Notes: a model not told the origin generated them from the letters alone. 64,000 bases of DNA from Candidatus Lustribacter sp. (GCA_965277805.1 OZ255842.1:3136001-3200000); one strand, 5' to 3'; shown: positions 9,177 through 19,639, numbered from the stretch's first letter. A program made the numbers and translations.

Positions 9177-10367
9177 TTGATCGCGTCCTATACCTCGTAC
9201 GAAAACTCCCAGCTCGCCGCATCCCCGCTCCGCTGGTCGGCCCAAACGACCCGCAGCCTCCTCGCCAACCCGTTCAACCCGTGGCACTACACCCCGATCG
9301 GACGCGCCTTCGAAGCCGCCGCGACTGTCACCGAAGGCCTGCTGCAACCGCACGGCCACCCCGACTGGAACCTCGATGCCGAGATGACCGTCGTGACGGA
9401 ACGCCCGTTCTGCCGTCTCTTACGCTTCTCGTCGGGCGCCGGCGCCGAGCGCCCGCGGGTGTTGCTCGTCGCGCCGCTTTCGGGTCACTTCGCGACGCTG
9501 TTACGACCGACGGTTGCCGCGCTCGTGGGCGCGCACGACGTCTACGTCACCGACTGGAGCAACGCACGCGACGTTCCAATGAGCGCCGGAACGTTCGGCC
9601 TCGACGACTACGTCGACTACATGATCGAAGATATGCGCATGCTCGGACCGGATGCGCACGTGATCGCGGTGTGTCAGCCGTGCCCGCCCGTACTCGCGGC
9701 GATCGCCGTGATGGCCGCGAGCAACGATCCCGCGCAACCGCGCTCGATGACGCTTATGGGCGGTCCGGTCGACACGCGCGTGGCGCCGACGGTGCCGACC
9801 GAACTTGCGGTTTCGCGTCCACTGAGCTGGTTTGCCGACGAACTGATCGCAACGGTGCCGGCACGCTACGCCGGAGCGGGACGCCGCGTCTATCCGGGCT
9901 TCGTCCAAATCGGCGCGTTTCTGAGCATGAACCCCGGCCGGCACATCGATGCGCATGTCGGCATGTTCAACGATCTCGTGCGCGGCAACACCGCTTCAGC
10001 GCACCGCCGCCAAGCATTCTACGATGAGTACCTCGCGGTGATGGACGTGACGGCGGATTATTTCCTCGAAACCGTCGACGCGGTGTTTCAGCGCCATGCG
10101 CTGCCGCTCGGCACCTGGATGCATCGCGGCGAGCGCGTCGATCTGACGGCGATTCGTAAGACCGCACTGCTCACGGTGGAAGGCGAACTCGACGACATCT
10201 CGGCGGTCGGCCAAACCGCCGCCGCGCACGGCCTTACGCCGAATATTCCGGCCGCACGCCACGAATCGCACATCGAACCCGGCGTGGGCCATTACGGGAT
10301 CTTCAGCGGTTCGCACTGGCGTTCGAACGTCGCGCCGCTGATCGCGGACTTCATCCGCCGGACGTAA
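9177..10367 (+). CDS. phaZ: Intracellular PHB depolymerase (PhaZ1-type)
   Basis: APLSGHFATLLR, AVCQP Cys box, GELDDIS, GHYGIFSG. Confidence 0.93.
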   Translation: MIASYTSYENSQLAASPLRWSAQTTRSLLANPFNPWHYTPIGRAFEAAATVTEGLLQPHGHPDWNLDAEMTVVTERPFCRLLRFSSGAGAERPRVLLVAPLSGHFATLLRPTVAALVGAHDVYVTDWSNARDVPMSAGTFGLDDYVDYMIEDMRMLGPDAHVIAVCQPCPPVLAAIAVMAASNDPAQPRSMTLMGGPVDTRVAPTVPTELAVSRPLSWFADELIATVPARYAGAGRRVYPGFVQIGAFLSMNPGRHIDAHVGMFNDLVRGNTASAHRRQAFYDEYLAVMDVTADYFLETVDAVFQRHALPLGTWMHRGERVDLTAIRKTALLTVEGELDDISAVGQTAAAHGLTPNIPAARHESHIEPGVGHYGIFSGSHWRSNVAPLIADFIRRT

Positions 10368-10369
10368 CC

Positions 10370-11437
10370 GTGAACGTGACGGACGTCGACACGCCGGCGT
10401 TGCTGCTCGACCTCGACCGGGTCGAGCGCAACCTCGACCGCATGGCGGCGCTCGTTGCGGCAACGCCGGTGAAGCTGCGTCCGCACGCCAAAACGCACAA
10501 GACCGCCCGCATCGCGCACATGCAACTCGAGCGCGGCGCGATCGGTGTGTGCAGTGCGAAGCTCGCCGAAGCGGAAGTGCTCGCGGACGGCGGCGTTCCC
10601 GACATCTTGATCACGACCGAAATTATCGGCGCGGCGAAAATCCGGCGGCTGCTCGCGCTCGCCGCGCGCGCCGCGGTGACGATCGTGGTCGATGACGCGC
10701 GAGCGGCAATAGCGCTCGCCGCCGCCGCCGGCGCCGCCGGTCTGCAGCTCGATACGCTGGTCGACGTCGACGTGGGCCAGCATCGCACCGGAACGCTCCC
10801 GGGCGCACCGGCCGTCGCACTCGGTATCGTCGTCAACAAACTGCCGGGACTTCGTCTGCGCGGCCTGCAAGGCTACGAAGGGCACGTTCAGCACATCGCC
10901 GGCATGGATGAACGCCGGGCGGCCAACGCGAGCGCGATGTCACTCTTGTGCGAAACCGCAGCGGCATTTACTGCAGCCGGACTCGCTACCGATATCGTCA
11001 CGACGGGCGGCACGGGAACGGCGCTCTTCTCCGCCGCCTATCCGGCGATCACCGACGTGCAGCCGGGTTCGTATGTCGTGATGGACGCACAATACGGCGA
11101 CGTGGACGGCGTAACGTACGAGTCCGCGCTCACGCTGCTGACGACGGTCTTGAGCGTGCGCGACGGCTGGGCGGTGCTCGACGCCGGCCGCAAGTCGCTC
11201 AGCCACGATGCCGGCCCACCGCGCATCATCGGCCTGGACGCTGCGTTCGAATTCGGCGGCGACGAACACGGCAAACTGCGCTTCACCGGCGCACCCCCGG
11301 TCACGCTCGGCCAAACGTTGCAGATCCTGCCCAGCCACTGCGACACCACCATCAACCTCCACGACGAATACATCATCCACCGCAGCGGCACCGTCATCGA
11401 CCACTGGCCCATCGAAGCCCGCGGCAAAACAACATAA
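10370..11437 (+). CDS. PLP-dependent D-threonine aldolase/DSD1 family enzyme
   Basis: RPHAKTHK PLP lysine, GYEGH, GGTGT, HCD metal motif. Confidence 0.88.
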   Translation: MNVTDVDTPALLLDLDRVERNLDRMAALVAATPVKLRPHAKTHKTARIAHMQLERGAIGVCSAKLAEAEVLADGGVPDILITTEIIGAAKIRRLLALAARAAVTIVVDDARAAIALAAAAGAAGLQLDTLVDVDVGQHRTGTLPGAPAVALGIVVNKLPGLRLRGLQGYEGHVQHIAGMDERRAANASAMSLLCETAAAFTAAGLATDIVTTGGTGTALFSAAYPAITDVQPGSYVVMDAQYGDVDGVTYESALTLLTTVLSVRDGWAVLDAGRKSLSHDAGPPRIIGLDAAFEFGGDEHGKLRFTGAPPVTLGQTLQILPSHCDTTINLHDEYIIHRSGTVIDHWPIEARGKTT

Positions 11438-11444
11438 CCGTGAA

Positions 11445-11463
11445 TGTCATGCCGAGCGGAGCG
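11445..11463. repeat. TGTCA-tagged REP-like repeat (partial)
   Basis: TGTCATGCCGAGCGGAGCG, identical to the reverse complement of 38680-38698; between convergent genes. Confidence 0.7.
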
Positions 11464-11466
11464 CCG

Positions 11467-12501
11467 CTATGTCAGTTGGGGGATTTTTTCGCCGCGGACT
11501 TTGGCTCGGGCTAGGGCGGCGCCGGCGTTCATGGCGCGCAGTTTGGCGAGGGCGATTTTGGTTGGGAGATGGCGCAGGCCGCAATCGGGGTTGACCACGA
11601 TTTGCTCGGGGCCGATGACGGCGAGCGCGCGATCGACACGTGAGGCGACCTGCTGCGGGCTTTCGACCGTCTCGCTCTTCACGTCGATGACGCCGAGGCC
11701 GAGCTTGAACGACGGATGGTACTTCTTGAACAGCGCGACGTCGTCGTAGCCCTTGCGCGCAAACTCGAGCACGAGCTGATCGACCTGCGCATCCATGATC
11801 GCCGGGAAGAGAAAGTCGTAGTGACCTTCCCACGCCGGGCGCGCGTGCCGGTTGCCGTAGCAGATGTGCAGCGCCCACTCGACGTCGACGCCCTCGACGA
11901 CGAGGTTGATCGCCTTGACCGCGAGCGGCACCGCTTCGGGGTAGCCGGCCAAGAACGGCTCGTCGATCTGTAAGAGCGCGGCACCGGCCGCGGCGAGCTC
12001 GCGCGCTTCGCGGTTGAGCATGCGCGCGATGTCGAGCACGAGGCCCTCGGCGTCGGGATAGCCTTCGTTGCGAATGCGCTTGGACAGCGAAAACGGACCG
12101 GTGAACGAGAACTTGATCGGTTTATCGGTCTGCTCGCGCGTGAACTGGAAGTCGGCCGCGAGCCGCAAGCCCGCCGCGTCCTCGGGGTTCGGCAGCGGCG
12201 CGCGCACCGCCGCGTCGTAGTAGTCGTAGTAGTGCACTTTGGCGAGCTTCGGCAGCTCGATGCCGGGCATGCGTTCCAGGAAGTAGTCGATGTCGTTGTC
12301 GCGACGCAGCTCGCCGTCGGAGACGATGTCGACTCCGGCGCGCTCTTGATCTTTGAGCGCGGCTTTGATCGCGGTGTCGTAGATCTCGTTGAGCGAGGTA
12401 CGGCTAATGCGTCCTTCGTGGAAGTCGGTCTTCGCGCGTTCGAGCCATTCCGGCACCGAGTACGAACCGACGACCGTCGTCGGAAGCAGATCCTCGCTCA
12501 T
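11467..12501 (-). CDS. Cobalamin-independent methionine synthase, catalytic domain only (core MetE)
   Basis: PTTVVGSY, DGELRR, QIDEP, Zn ligands HICYGN / LEF / NPDCG; 344 aa, no N-terminal folate-binding barrel. Confidence 0.9.
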   Translation of the reverse strand: MSEDLLPTTVVGSYSVPEWLERAKTDFHEGRISRTSLNEIYDTAIKAALKDQERAGVDIVSDGELRRDNDIDYFLERMPGIELPKLAKVHYYDYYDAAVRAPLPNPEDAAGLRLAADFQFTREQTDKPIKFSFTGPFSLSKRIRNEGYPDAEGLVLDIARMLNREARELAAAGAALLQIDEPFLAGYPEAVPLAVKAINLVVEGVDVEWALHICYGNRHARPAWEGHYDFLFPAIMDAQVDQLVLEFARKGYDDVALFKKYHPSFKLGLGVIDVKSETVESPQQVASRVDRALAVIGPEQIVVNPDCGLRHLPTKIALAKLRAMNAGAALARAKVRGEKIPQLT

Positions 12502-13952
12502 TCACGCACCTCTGCGGTCATCGTGGTAATGTTTGATCCGGTTCGAAACGCAAACTTCCGGAACGCAACGTCGAAGCCGCGGCGGCCGCCCAGCGCCGCG
12601 AGCACGTTGCCGTTTACCCAGTTCACCACCGAGCCTTCGTACTTGCCCGGTCCGCGGAAGGCGTTCGCGTAGCCTTCGAGGTTGGTGACGAAGATATCGT
12701 GACACTCGAGGATCCCGTGCGGATGCAAGAGCGGCAGCGTGTCGACGAAGCTCGCCGCCGCGCCGTTGCTGACGTGCATGCGTACGTCGCCGTGCGCCTC
12801 CATCAACGGCCGCAAAACCTCGCCGTTGATCCCCGGCGCAAACTCGTACTCATCGAGCGGCGGCAACGCCACGTAGCGCTCCTCGAGGCCGATCGCTTCC
12901 CACACGGCGGCCCAAAACCGCACGGCCGCGTGCGCGTCGGCAAAGCGGCGAGGCTCCGTTTCCGCCAGTAGTTCGGGCCCCAGGCGCAGCAAGCGCGCGA
13001 TGAGATCGGGCAATTCGCCGGCGCTCGAGTTGATGCTCGCCGCGATCGCCGCTGCCGGCGCCGCGGCCAGATACGCGCGCGTCTCCACCTGAAAGAGATG
13101 TCCGTCGATGCGCGCGATCTCGTCGGTCGGCAGGTTGTCGTACACGTTGGAGATGTAGACGAAGAACGTCTTGTACTTGAGAAAACCCAGCGTGTTCGAC
13201 GGCTTGGTCGCATCCAGCACGATCGTGCTCGTGCGGTCCTCGTGGTGACGCACTTGCTCGCGCGCAACTTCGAGCAAATGCGGCGAGTAGTCGCCCATCA
13301 AGTAGTGCAGACGCCGGTAGTAATCGCGGCCGGCTTCGCGGTCGATCTCGAGGAACGTGTCGAGCCACACGCGCGCCTGACTGCCGTTACCGACGCCGAT
13401 CTCGAGCACGTGGAGCTGATCGGGCAGCGCGCGCCGTTCGGCGAGCCCATCCCAAATCGCGAACAGGCGCGTGATCGTATCGCGCGCGGCGGCTGAGTTG
13501 CGCGCGTCGCTCTCGCCGCCCGGCAACGCCTGTTCGTAGGGCCGGCCCGACACCGCTTCCCACAAACCGAGCGCCTTCCAGTAGAGCCCGTTGAAACTCC
13601 AGATCATGCTCGCCGTCGTGCGGCTCCAGGGTTCGAGATAGTGGCGGTCCGATTCAGACCGGCGCGCGAGCGCGCGCGTCATTTCGGCGTTCACGTCGTG
13701 CTGCGCGCCCGCCGTGCGCCGCAGGTCGACGCCGATTTCGAGCCGCTCGTGCGCGCTGCCGTTGAGAATCGGCCGAACTTCGACCGCTTCGCGGAAACTG
13801 TTCTTGTACTGCACCCAGTCGCACACAATGCGCAGGCGATCGAGGTCGAGCGATTCGTCACCGACCGCGTGCATGATCGAGCCGAGCACGCTCGCCACGG
13901 CAGCGCCGTTGTCTTTGCGCAAGCGCTCCGTGGGTCGCAGATCAACTAACAT
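12498..13952 (-). CDS. Uncharacterised class I SAM-dependent methyltransferase-fold protein
   Basis: VLEIGVGNG motif I, acidic MGDYS, ISNVYDNLP (reminiscent of MidA/NDUFAF7 NExxDxLP); overlaps both neighbours. Confidence 0.75.
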   Translation of the reverse strand: MLVDLRPTERLRKDNGAAVASVLGSIMHAVGDESLDLDRLRIVCDWVQYKNSFREAVEVRPILNGSAHERLEIGVDLRRTAGAQHDVNAEMTRALARRSESDRHYLEPWSRTTASMIWSFNGLYWKALGLWEAVSGRPYEQALPGGESDARNSAAARDTITRLFAIWDGLAERRALPDQLHVLEIGVGNGSQARVWLDTFLEIDREAGRDYYRRLHYLMGDYSPHLLEVAREQVRHHEDRTSTIVLDATKPSNTLGFLKYKTFFVYISNVYDNLPTDEIARIDGHLFQVETRAYLAAAPAAAIAASINSSAGELPDLIARLLRLGPELLAETEPRRFADAHAAVRFWAAVWEAIGLEERYVALPPLDEYEFAPGINGEVLRPLMEAHGDVRMHVSNGAAASFVDTLPLLHPHGILECHDIFVTNLEGYANAFRGPGKYEGSVVNWVNGNVLAALGGRRGFDVAFRKFAFRTGSNITTMTAEVRE

Positions 13953-14886
13953 GTTCGTTCACCCGCGCGTGCGCCCGCCGGCCGAGTCCCGCGCGTTCGA
14001 GAATTTCGGGAACCAAGTGCTCTGCGCCGAAGGCCATCACGTGGACGCCGGCGAGATCCGGAATCGCGCGCAGTTCGGTGATGATCTCGGCGCACATCGC
14101 AATGCTCTCGTCGTGCACGCGCTCCGGCGGCACGCCGCGCAACCGCGCTTCGACCGCTTTCGGAACGACGATCCCGGGAATCTGCTGCATGCGCTCGAGC
14201 GCGCGCAGCGAGCGAATCGGCCCGACGCCGGCGAGCACGCCGCAGCGCTGCGTGAGCCCGAGATCGCGTGACGCTTGCATCCACGCCGTAAAGTGCGCGA
14301 CGTCGAACACGTACTGCGTCTGCACGAACTCGGCGCCCGCGGCGATCTTCTTGCCGAGACGTTCGGCCCGAAACGCGAGCGGCGGCGCAAACGGGTTCTC
14401 GACGCCGCCGATCAGCCAGGCCGGCGCCGGCTTCAGCGTTTTTCCCGAGAGCAGCTTCCCCTGATCGCGCATCGTCCGCGCCGTCCACAATAATTGCACG
14501 GAGTCGAGGTCGAACACGCCGCGCGCTTCGGGGTGATCGCCGAACTTCTGATGATCGCCCGTCAAGAGCAACACGTTGGGGATGTTGAGCGCGGCCGCGC
14601 CGAGGAGATCGGATTGCAGCGCGAGCCGGTTGCGATCGCGGCACTGCAGTTGCATCACCGGCTCGACGTCTTCTTCGAGCGCGAGCACGCAGCCGGCCAA
14701 ACTGGAGAGCCGCACCATAGCGCCCTGATTGTCGGTGACGTTGGCAGCATCGACCCAGTCGTGCAGCACGCGCGCGCCCTTGCGGATCGCATCGGGATCG
14801 GCCCCGCGCGGCGGGCTGAGTTCCGCGGTCACGGCGAAACGGCGCTCGCGGATGGCGTCGCGCAGTCGATTGCCGGACGCGGTCAT
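13942..14886 (-). CDS. metF: 5,10-methylenetetrahydrofolate reductase
   Basis: TAELSPP, NVTD, CRDRNRLALQSDLLGA, LTGDH, KKIAAGAEFVQTQ. Confidence 0.92.
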   Translation of the reverse strand: MTASGNRLRDAIRERRFAVTAELSPPRGADPDAIRKGARVLHDWVDAANVTDNQGAMVRLSSLAGCVLALEEDVEPVMQLQCRDRNRLALQSDLLGAAALNIPNVLLLTGDHQKFGDHPEARGVFDLDSVQLLWTARTMRDQGKLLSGKTLKPAPAWLIGGVENPFAPPLAFRAERLGKKIAAGAEFVQTQYVFDVAHFTAWMQASRDLGLTQRCGVLAGVGPIRSLRALERMQQIPGIVVPKAVEARLRGVPPERVHDESIAMCAEIITELRAIPDLAGVHVMAFGAEHLVPEILERAGLGRRAHARVNEHVS

Positions 14887-15428
14887 CGCTGATCGATCGG
14901 CGGCGCGGGCGCGAACGACGTGTCGCTGCTCCACAGTCCGGCGTCACGGTTCTGCCAGTAATTCACCCACGAGCTCAGGCCCCATTGGCGCTGATCGATC
15001 GGCCGCTGCAGGCGGCGCAGATCGGACGTCCGGCCCGCCGACGCGGCGCGTTCGTATGCGACGAGCCACACACAGCGCAGACCGGGATAGACCTCGCAGT
15101 CGCCGTTCGCGCCGACTCCGCCGCAGGGGCCGTTCCGCAGCTCTTTCGGACAGCTCATCGGGCAAGCATAGGCGGTGCTGGGCAGCGCGCACTGCGCGCA
15201 CATCCGGCAGCCGAAGAGCTTGCCCTTGACCGCTTTTTCAACCGCCGTGAACGCACGGTAGGCCCAGGGCGTTGCCTCGAGCCACACGGCGAAGGCGTAA
15301 AACAGGCGTTGGGGCCGGAGCAGCCGGCCGAGCACCAGGGCCAGGGGCAACGAAATGCCCGGCGTCGTCGGCACCGGCCGGTTCGCGACGCGCCCACCCG
15401 CTGCTGAAGCGTGAACGGCATTTTCCAC
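14883..15428 (-). CDS. MTHFR C-terminal/MetV-like Cys-rich protein
   Basis: GCRMCAQC...CPMSCPKELRNGPCGG...CEV...CVW; start uncertain. Confidence 0.85.
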   Translation of the reverse strand: MENAVHASAAGGRVANRPVPTTPGISLPLALVLGRLLRPQRLFYAFAVWLEATPWAYRAFTAVEKAVKGKLFGCRMCAQCALPSTAYACPMSCPKELRNGPCGGVGANGDCEVYPGLRCVWLVAYERAASAGRTSDLRRLQRPIDQRQWGLSSWVNYWQNRDAGLWSSDTSFAPAPPIDQR

Positions 15429-15498
15429 GTGTGGCCCTCGAATTGAGCGCATTCAACGAACTCGGGCTCGTCCACTTCAGCCGCTACGAGGCGTGCGT

Positions 15499-15527
15499 TT
15501 GCACGGTTTGTCACGACATGCTATAAT
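15499..15527 (+). promoter_or_regulatory. Near-consensus sigma70 promoter
   Basis: TTGCAC-N17-TATAAT with extended -10 TGn. Confidence 0.7.
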
Positions 15528-15559
15528 ACGGTCTTTCCTCTCGTTGACGTGGAGCGAAG

Positions 15560-15817
15560 ATGGAAACCTCGGATACCCAACGACGGCTCGATGCCGTGTT
15601 GCGTGCCGACGCCCAAGAGGTGGCGCGGCGTACGCTTCGCCATAAATTCGGTCGTTTGAGCAATCGGCGGATCCTTGCTACCCTCCGGGCAGCACTTCCC
15701 GCCGACTTGCAGACGGAACTCGCCGATGGCGAACTCCTCGACCGGTGGTTCGCCGAATACGCGACCGCCGTCGACCGTCTGCGCAGCGAAACGCGCTTTA
15801 CCTCACAAGCGTCCTAA
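15560..15817 (+). CDS. Hypothetical protein
   Basis: 85 aa, GGAG RBS, strong promoter upstream. Confidence 0.65.
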   Translation: METSDTQRRLDAVLRADAQEVARRTLRHKFGRLSNRRILATLRAALPADLQTELADGELLDRWFAEYATAVDRLRSETRFTSQAS

Positions 15818-15853
15818 CCCGCAACCTGCCTTAAAGCCAGCCGTAGCAGCGTC

Positions 15854-17050
<1,197 letters not shown>

Positions 17051-17068
17051 GTTGGTCGAAGAGCCCGT

Positions 17069-17821
17069 ATGAACCTCGTAAAAGACGACGTAATTTTGCT
17101 CGCCGGCATCACCGGCCGCATCGGTTCGGCACCGCTGACGACGCTCGTGGCAGAAGGCGCTCGCGTGGTGGTGCTCTCGCGCGATCGCAAGCGAGCCGAG
17201 GCGGCCATTGCGACGGCGCTCGAACCGGGCGTGCGCGAGCGGGCAATGGCGCTCGCGGCCGACCTTTACGATCCGGTCTCCGCGTCGGCGGCGGTTACCG
17301 AATGCGTCAAGACGTTCGGGCGGCTCGATGCCGTGATCAATCTAGCCGGCAGCGGCTGGCGGCGCAAGAAAATAACCGACGCGTCGCTCGGCGATCTGCG
17401 CGAGACGCTGGCCGAAGTCATCGAGACGGCGTCCAACCTCGCACAAGCCGCGCTGCGCGCGATGCTGGCGCAACCGTATCGCGACGGCGCGCGTTCGCGC
17501 GGCCGCATCGTGACCACGACCGCCACGACGGCCAAAGCGCCGAATCCCGGCATGTCGGCTTTCGCGACGGCGAAAGCCGGCGTCAACGCGCTGATGCTCT
17601 CGATCGCGCGCGAACACAAAGCCGACGGCATCGTCGCGAACGCGCTGCTGGTCGGCGGCGTCGCGTTTCCGGGCGCCGATCATTTCCGCTCCGATGAAGC
17701 GCGCAAAACTGCGGTATCGGTGCAAGAGCTCGCAAACACGCTGACGTTTCTCGCCAGCGATCGTTCGAGCGGCATCAACGGCGCATTGCTCGATCTCACC
17801 GCGCGGTTAACCGACCGGTGA
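17069..17821 (+). CDS. Atypical short-chain dehydrogenase/reductase (paralog 1)
   Basis: [19 protein letters not shown], FxxxK in place of YxxxK. Confidence 0.85.
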   Translation: MNLVKDDVILLAGITGRIGSAPLTTLVAEGARVVVLSRDRKRAEAAIATALEPGVRERAMALAADLYDPVSASAAVTECVKTFGRLDAVINLAGSGWRRKKITDASLGDLRETLAEVIETASNLAQAALRAMLAQPYRDGARSRGRIVTTTATTAKAPNPGMSAFATAKAGVNALMLSIAREHKADGIVANALLVGGVAFPGADHFRSDEARKTAVSVQELANTLTFLASDRSSGINGALLDLTARLTDR

Positions 17822-18561
17822 ACCTCGTCGACGGAGACGTCGTGCTCTTGGCCGGTGCGACTGGACGCGTCGGCGGTGCGACGCTCGCTACGCTCGTACG
17901 CGAAGGCGCGCGCGTGGCGGTGCTTTCGCGCGACCGCGCTCGCGCCGCGGCAACGATCGCATCCGTGCTGGAACCGGGCGAGGTCGCAAACGCACTGCCG
18001 CTCGAGGCCGACTTGAACGACGCCGGGTCGGCGGCCGCAGCCGTTACCGCGAGCGTCGCAGCGTTTGGACGCATCGATGCGCTGATCAACTTGGCCGGCA
18101 GCGGCCCGCAACGCGTTCCGCTCGTGCAATCGAAACTCGAAGACTTGCAGCAATCGCTGGCCGGCTACACCGAGACCGCGTACAACCTCGCAATGCCGGC
18201 GCTGCGCGCAATGCTGGCCCAACCGTTTCGCGAGGGAACGCTCTCGCGCGGACGCATCGTCACCGTGACGGCCGGCTCGTCGAAGTCGCCGGCGCCGGGG
18301 CGTGGCGCGTTCGCGGTTGCCAAAGCCGGCGTCAACGCGTTGATGCTCGCGATCGCGCGCGAACACAAAGCCGACGGCATCGTCGCAAACGCGCTGGTCC
18401 TCGGCGGCGTCGCCTTCCCCGGCCGCGAGGGAAAACCCGAAGACATCGAAGCCGCCGCCACTCCGCAAGAAGTCGCCGACGTCCTCACCTTCCTCGCCAG
18501 CGACCGCTCCAGCGGCATCAACGGCGAGCTCGTCGACCTAAACGCAAGAGAAATCGACTAA
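17818..18561 (+). CDS. Atypical short-chain dehydrogenase/reductase (paralog 2)
   Basis: GATGRVG, FGRIDALINLAG, FxxxK; colinear with paralog 1. Confidence 0.85.
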   Translation: MNLVDGDVVLLAGATGRVGGATLATLVREGARVAVLSRDRARAAATIASVLEPGEVANALPLEADLNDAGSAAAAVTASVAAFGRIDALINLAGSGPQRVPLVQSKLEDLQQSLAGYTETAYNLAMPALRAMLAQPFREGTLSRGRIVTVTAGSSKSPAPGRGAFAVAKAGVNALMLAIAREHKADGIVANALVLGGVAFPGREGKPEDIEAAATPQEVADVLTFLASDRSSGINGELVDLNAREID

Positions 18562-18575
18562 CCCCCAGCTATCAT

Positions 18576-18661
18576 TGTCATTCCGAGCGAAGCGCGCAGC
18601 GCGTAGACAAGGAATGCGAGAGCATCGTTCGACTTGGAGTGCGACCGCGAAGGCGGGAGCA
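18576..18661. repeat. TGTCA-tagged REP-like element plus accessory hairpin
   Basis: TGTCATTCCGAGCGAAGCGCGCAGCGCGTAGACAAGGAA, similar to 38553-38592. Confidence 0.75.
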
Positions 18662-18670
18662 GTGGATTAT

Positions 18671-19639
18671 TTAATTATTAAGGGCGGCGTTTTCTATTTC
18701 GGGTGGTAGCGTGATGCGGCGTGGGTGGTTGGTGTTTTTTAGCCAGGCGTAGGTGTCGCGGACGGTTTCGGTGAGGGGGCGGAACGTTAGTCCGGCGTTG
18801 AGGGCGCGGTCGATGTTGACTTCCATCAGGCCGTAGTCTTCGGGGTCGAGCCAGAATGGGATGTGGTCCCAGGGGATGACGCCGGCGGATTTCAAGTCGT
18901 CGCTCGGGATGACGAGCGGCGTCGCGCTGCTGCCGGTCGCATCGATGCATGTTTGCGCGACGTCGATCAGGCGGAGCGGACGTTCGGGGCCGGTGGCGTT
19001 GAAGACGCCGGCTGCGCGGCGTTCAGCCATCGCGATCATCCACTGTGCGAGGTCGCGTACGTCGATCATCTGTACGGGCTGCTGCGGATCGCCGGGAACG
19101 ATGAACGGCTGCGGCCGCGCGGCGCGCTCGATCCACTCGTTGAAGCGGTCGCTATAATCGCATGGGCCGACGATGAAGCCCGGCCGCACGATCAAGATGC
19201 TGCTCGCCGGCAAGACTGCTGCCAGTGCAGCCTCACACGCGGCCTTGCGCGCGCCGTAGTTCGCGGTGTCGCGCGCGTCTTCGCGATTGGCATCGGGCGG
19301 AAATTGCGCGACCGGCGCCGACTCGTTGACGCCCGCAGGCATCGGATCCGGATAGACGCTGACCGATGAGGTGTAGATGTAGTGGCCGATGCGGCCCTGC
19401 AACGCTTCGGCGGCGCCGCGCGTGTGGCGCGGCGCCTGGCCGCTCGTGTCGATGGCGACGTCCCAGCTGCGGCGATCCGGCAGCACGAGCGCGTTGCGAT
19501 CGCCGGTGATCTGCTCGACGCCCGCCATCGTGGGGTGGTTGCCGCGATTGAACGCCGACACGGTGTGTCCGCGTGCTTGCGCCGCGTCGACGATCGCGCG
19601 GCCGAGGAACGCGTAACCACCGAGTAAGAGAATGTTCAA
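18671..19639 (-). CDS. NAD-dependent epimerase/dehydratase (extended SDR, isoflavone reductase-like)
   Basis: GGYAFLG, FNRG, SSVSVY, YGARK, RPGFIVGP; TTG start overlaps fdhD stop. Confidence 0.88.
   Translation of the reverse strand: MNILLLGGYAFLGRAIVDAAQARGHTVSAFNRGNHPTMAGVEQITGDRNALVLPDRRSWDVAIDTSGQAPRHTRGAAEALQGRIGHYIYTSSVSVYPDPMPAGVNESAPVAQFPPDANREDARDTANYGARKAACEAALAAVLPASSILIVRPGFIVGPCDYSDRFNEWIERAARPQPFIVPGDPQQPVQMIDVRDLAQWMIAMAERRAAGVFNATGPERPLRLIDVAQTCIDATGSSATPLVIPSDDLKSAGVIPWDHIPFWLDPEDYGLMEVNIDRALNAGLTFRPLTETVRDTYAWLKNTNHPRRITLPPEIENAALNN

Noticed and set aside
15155-15514. Alternative ORF overlapping the MetV-like gene
   Set aside because: Out of frame with the Cys-motif protein and Arg/Pro/Ser-rich downstream; no RBS; cannot be supported
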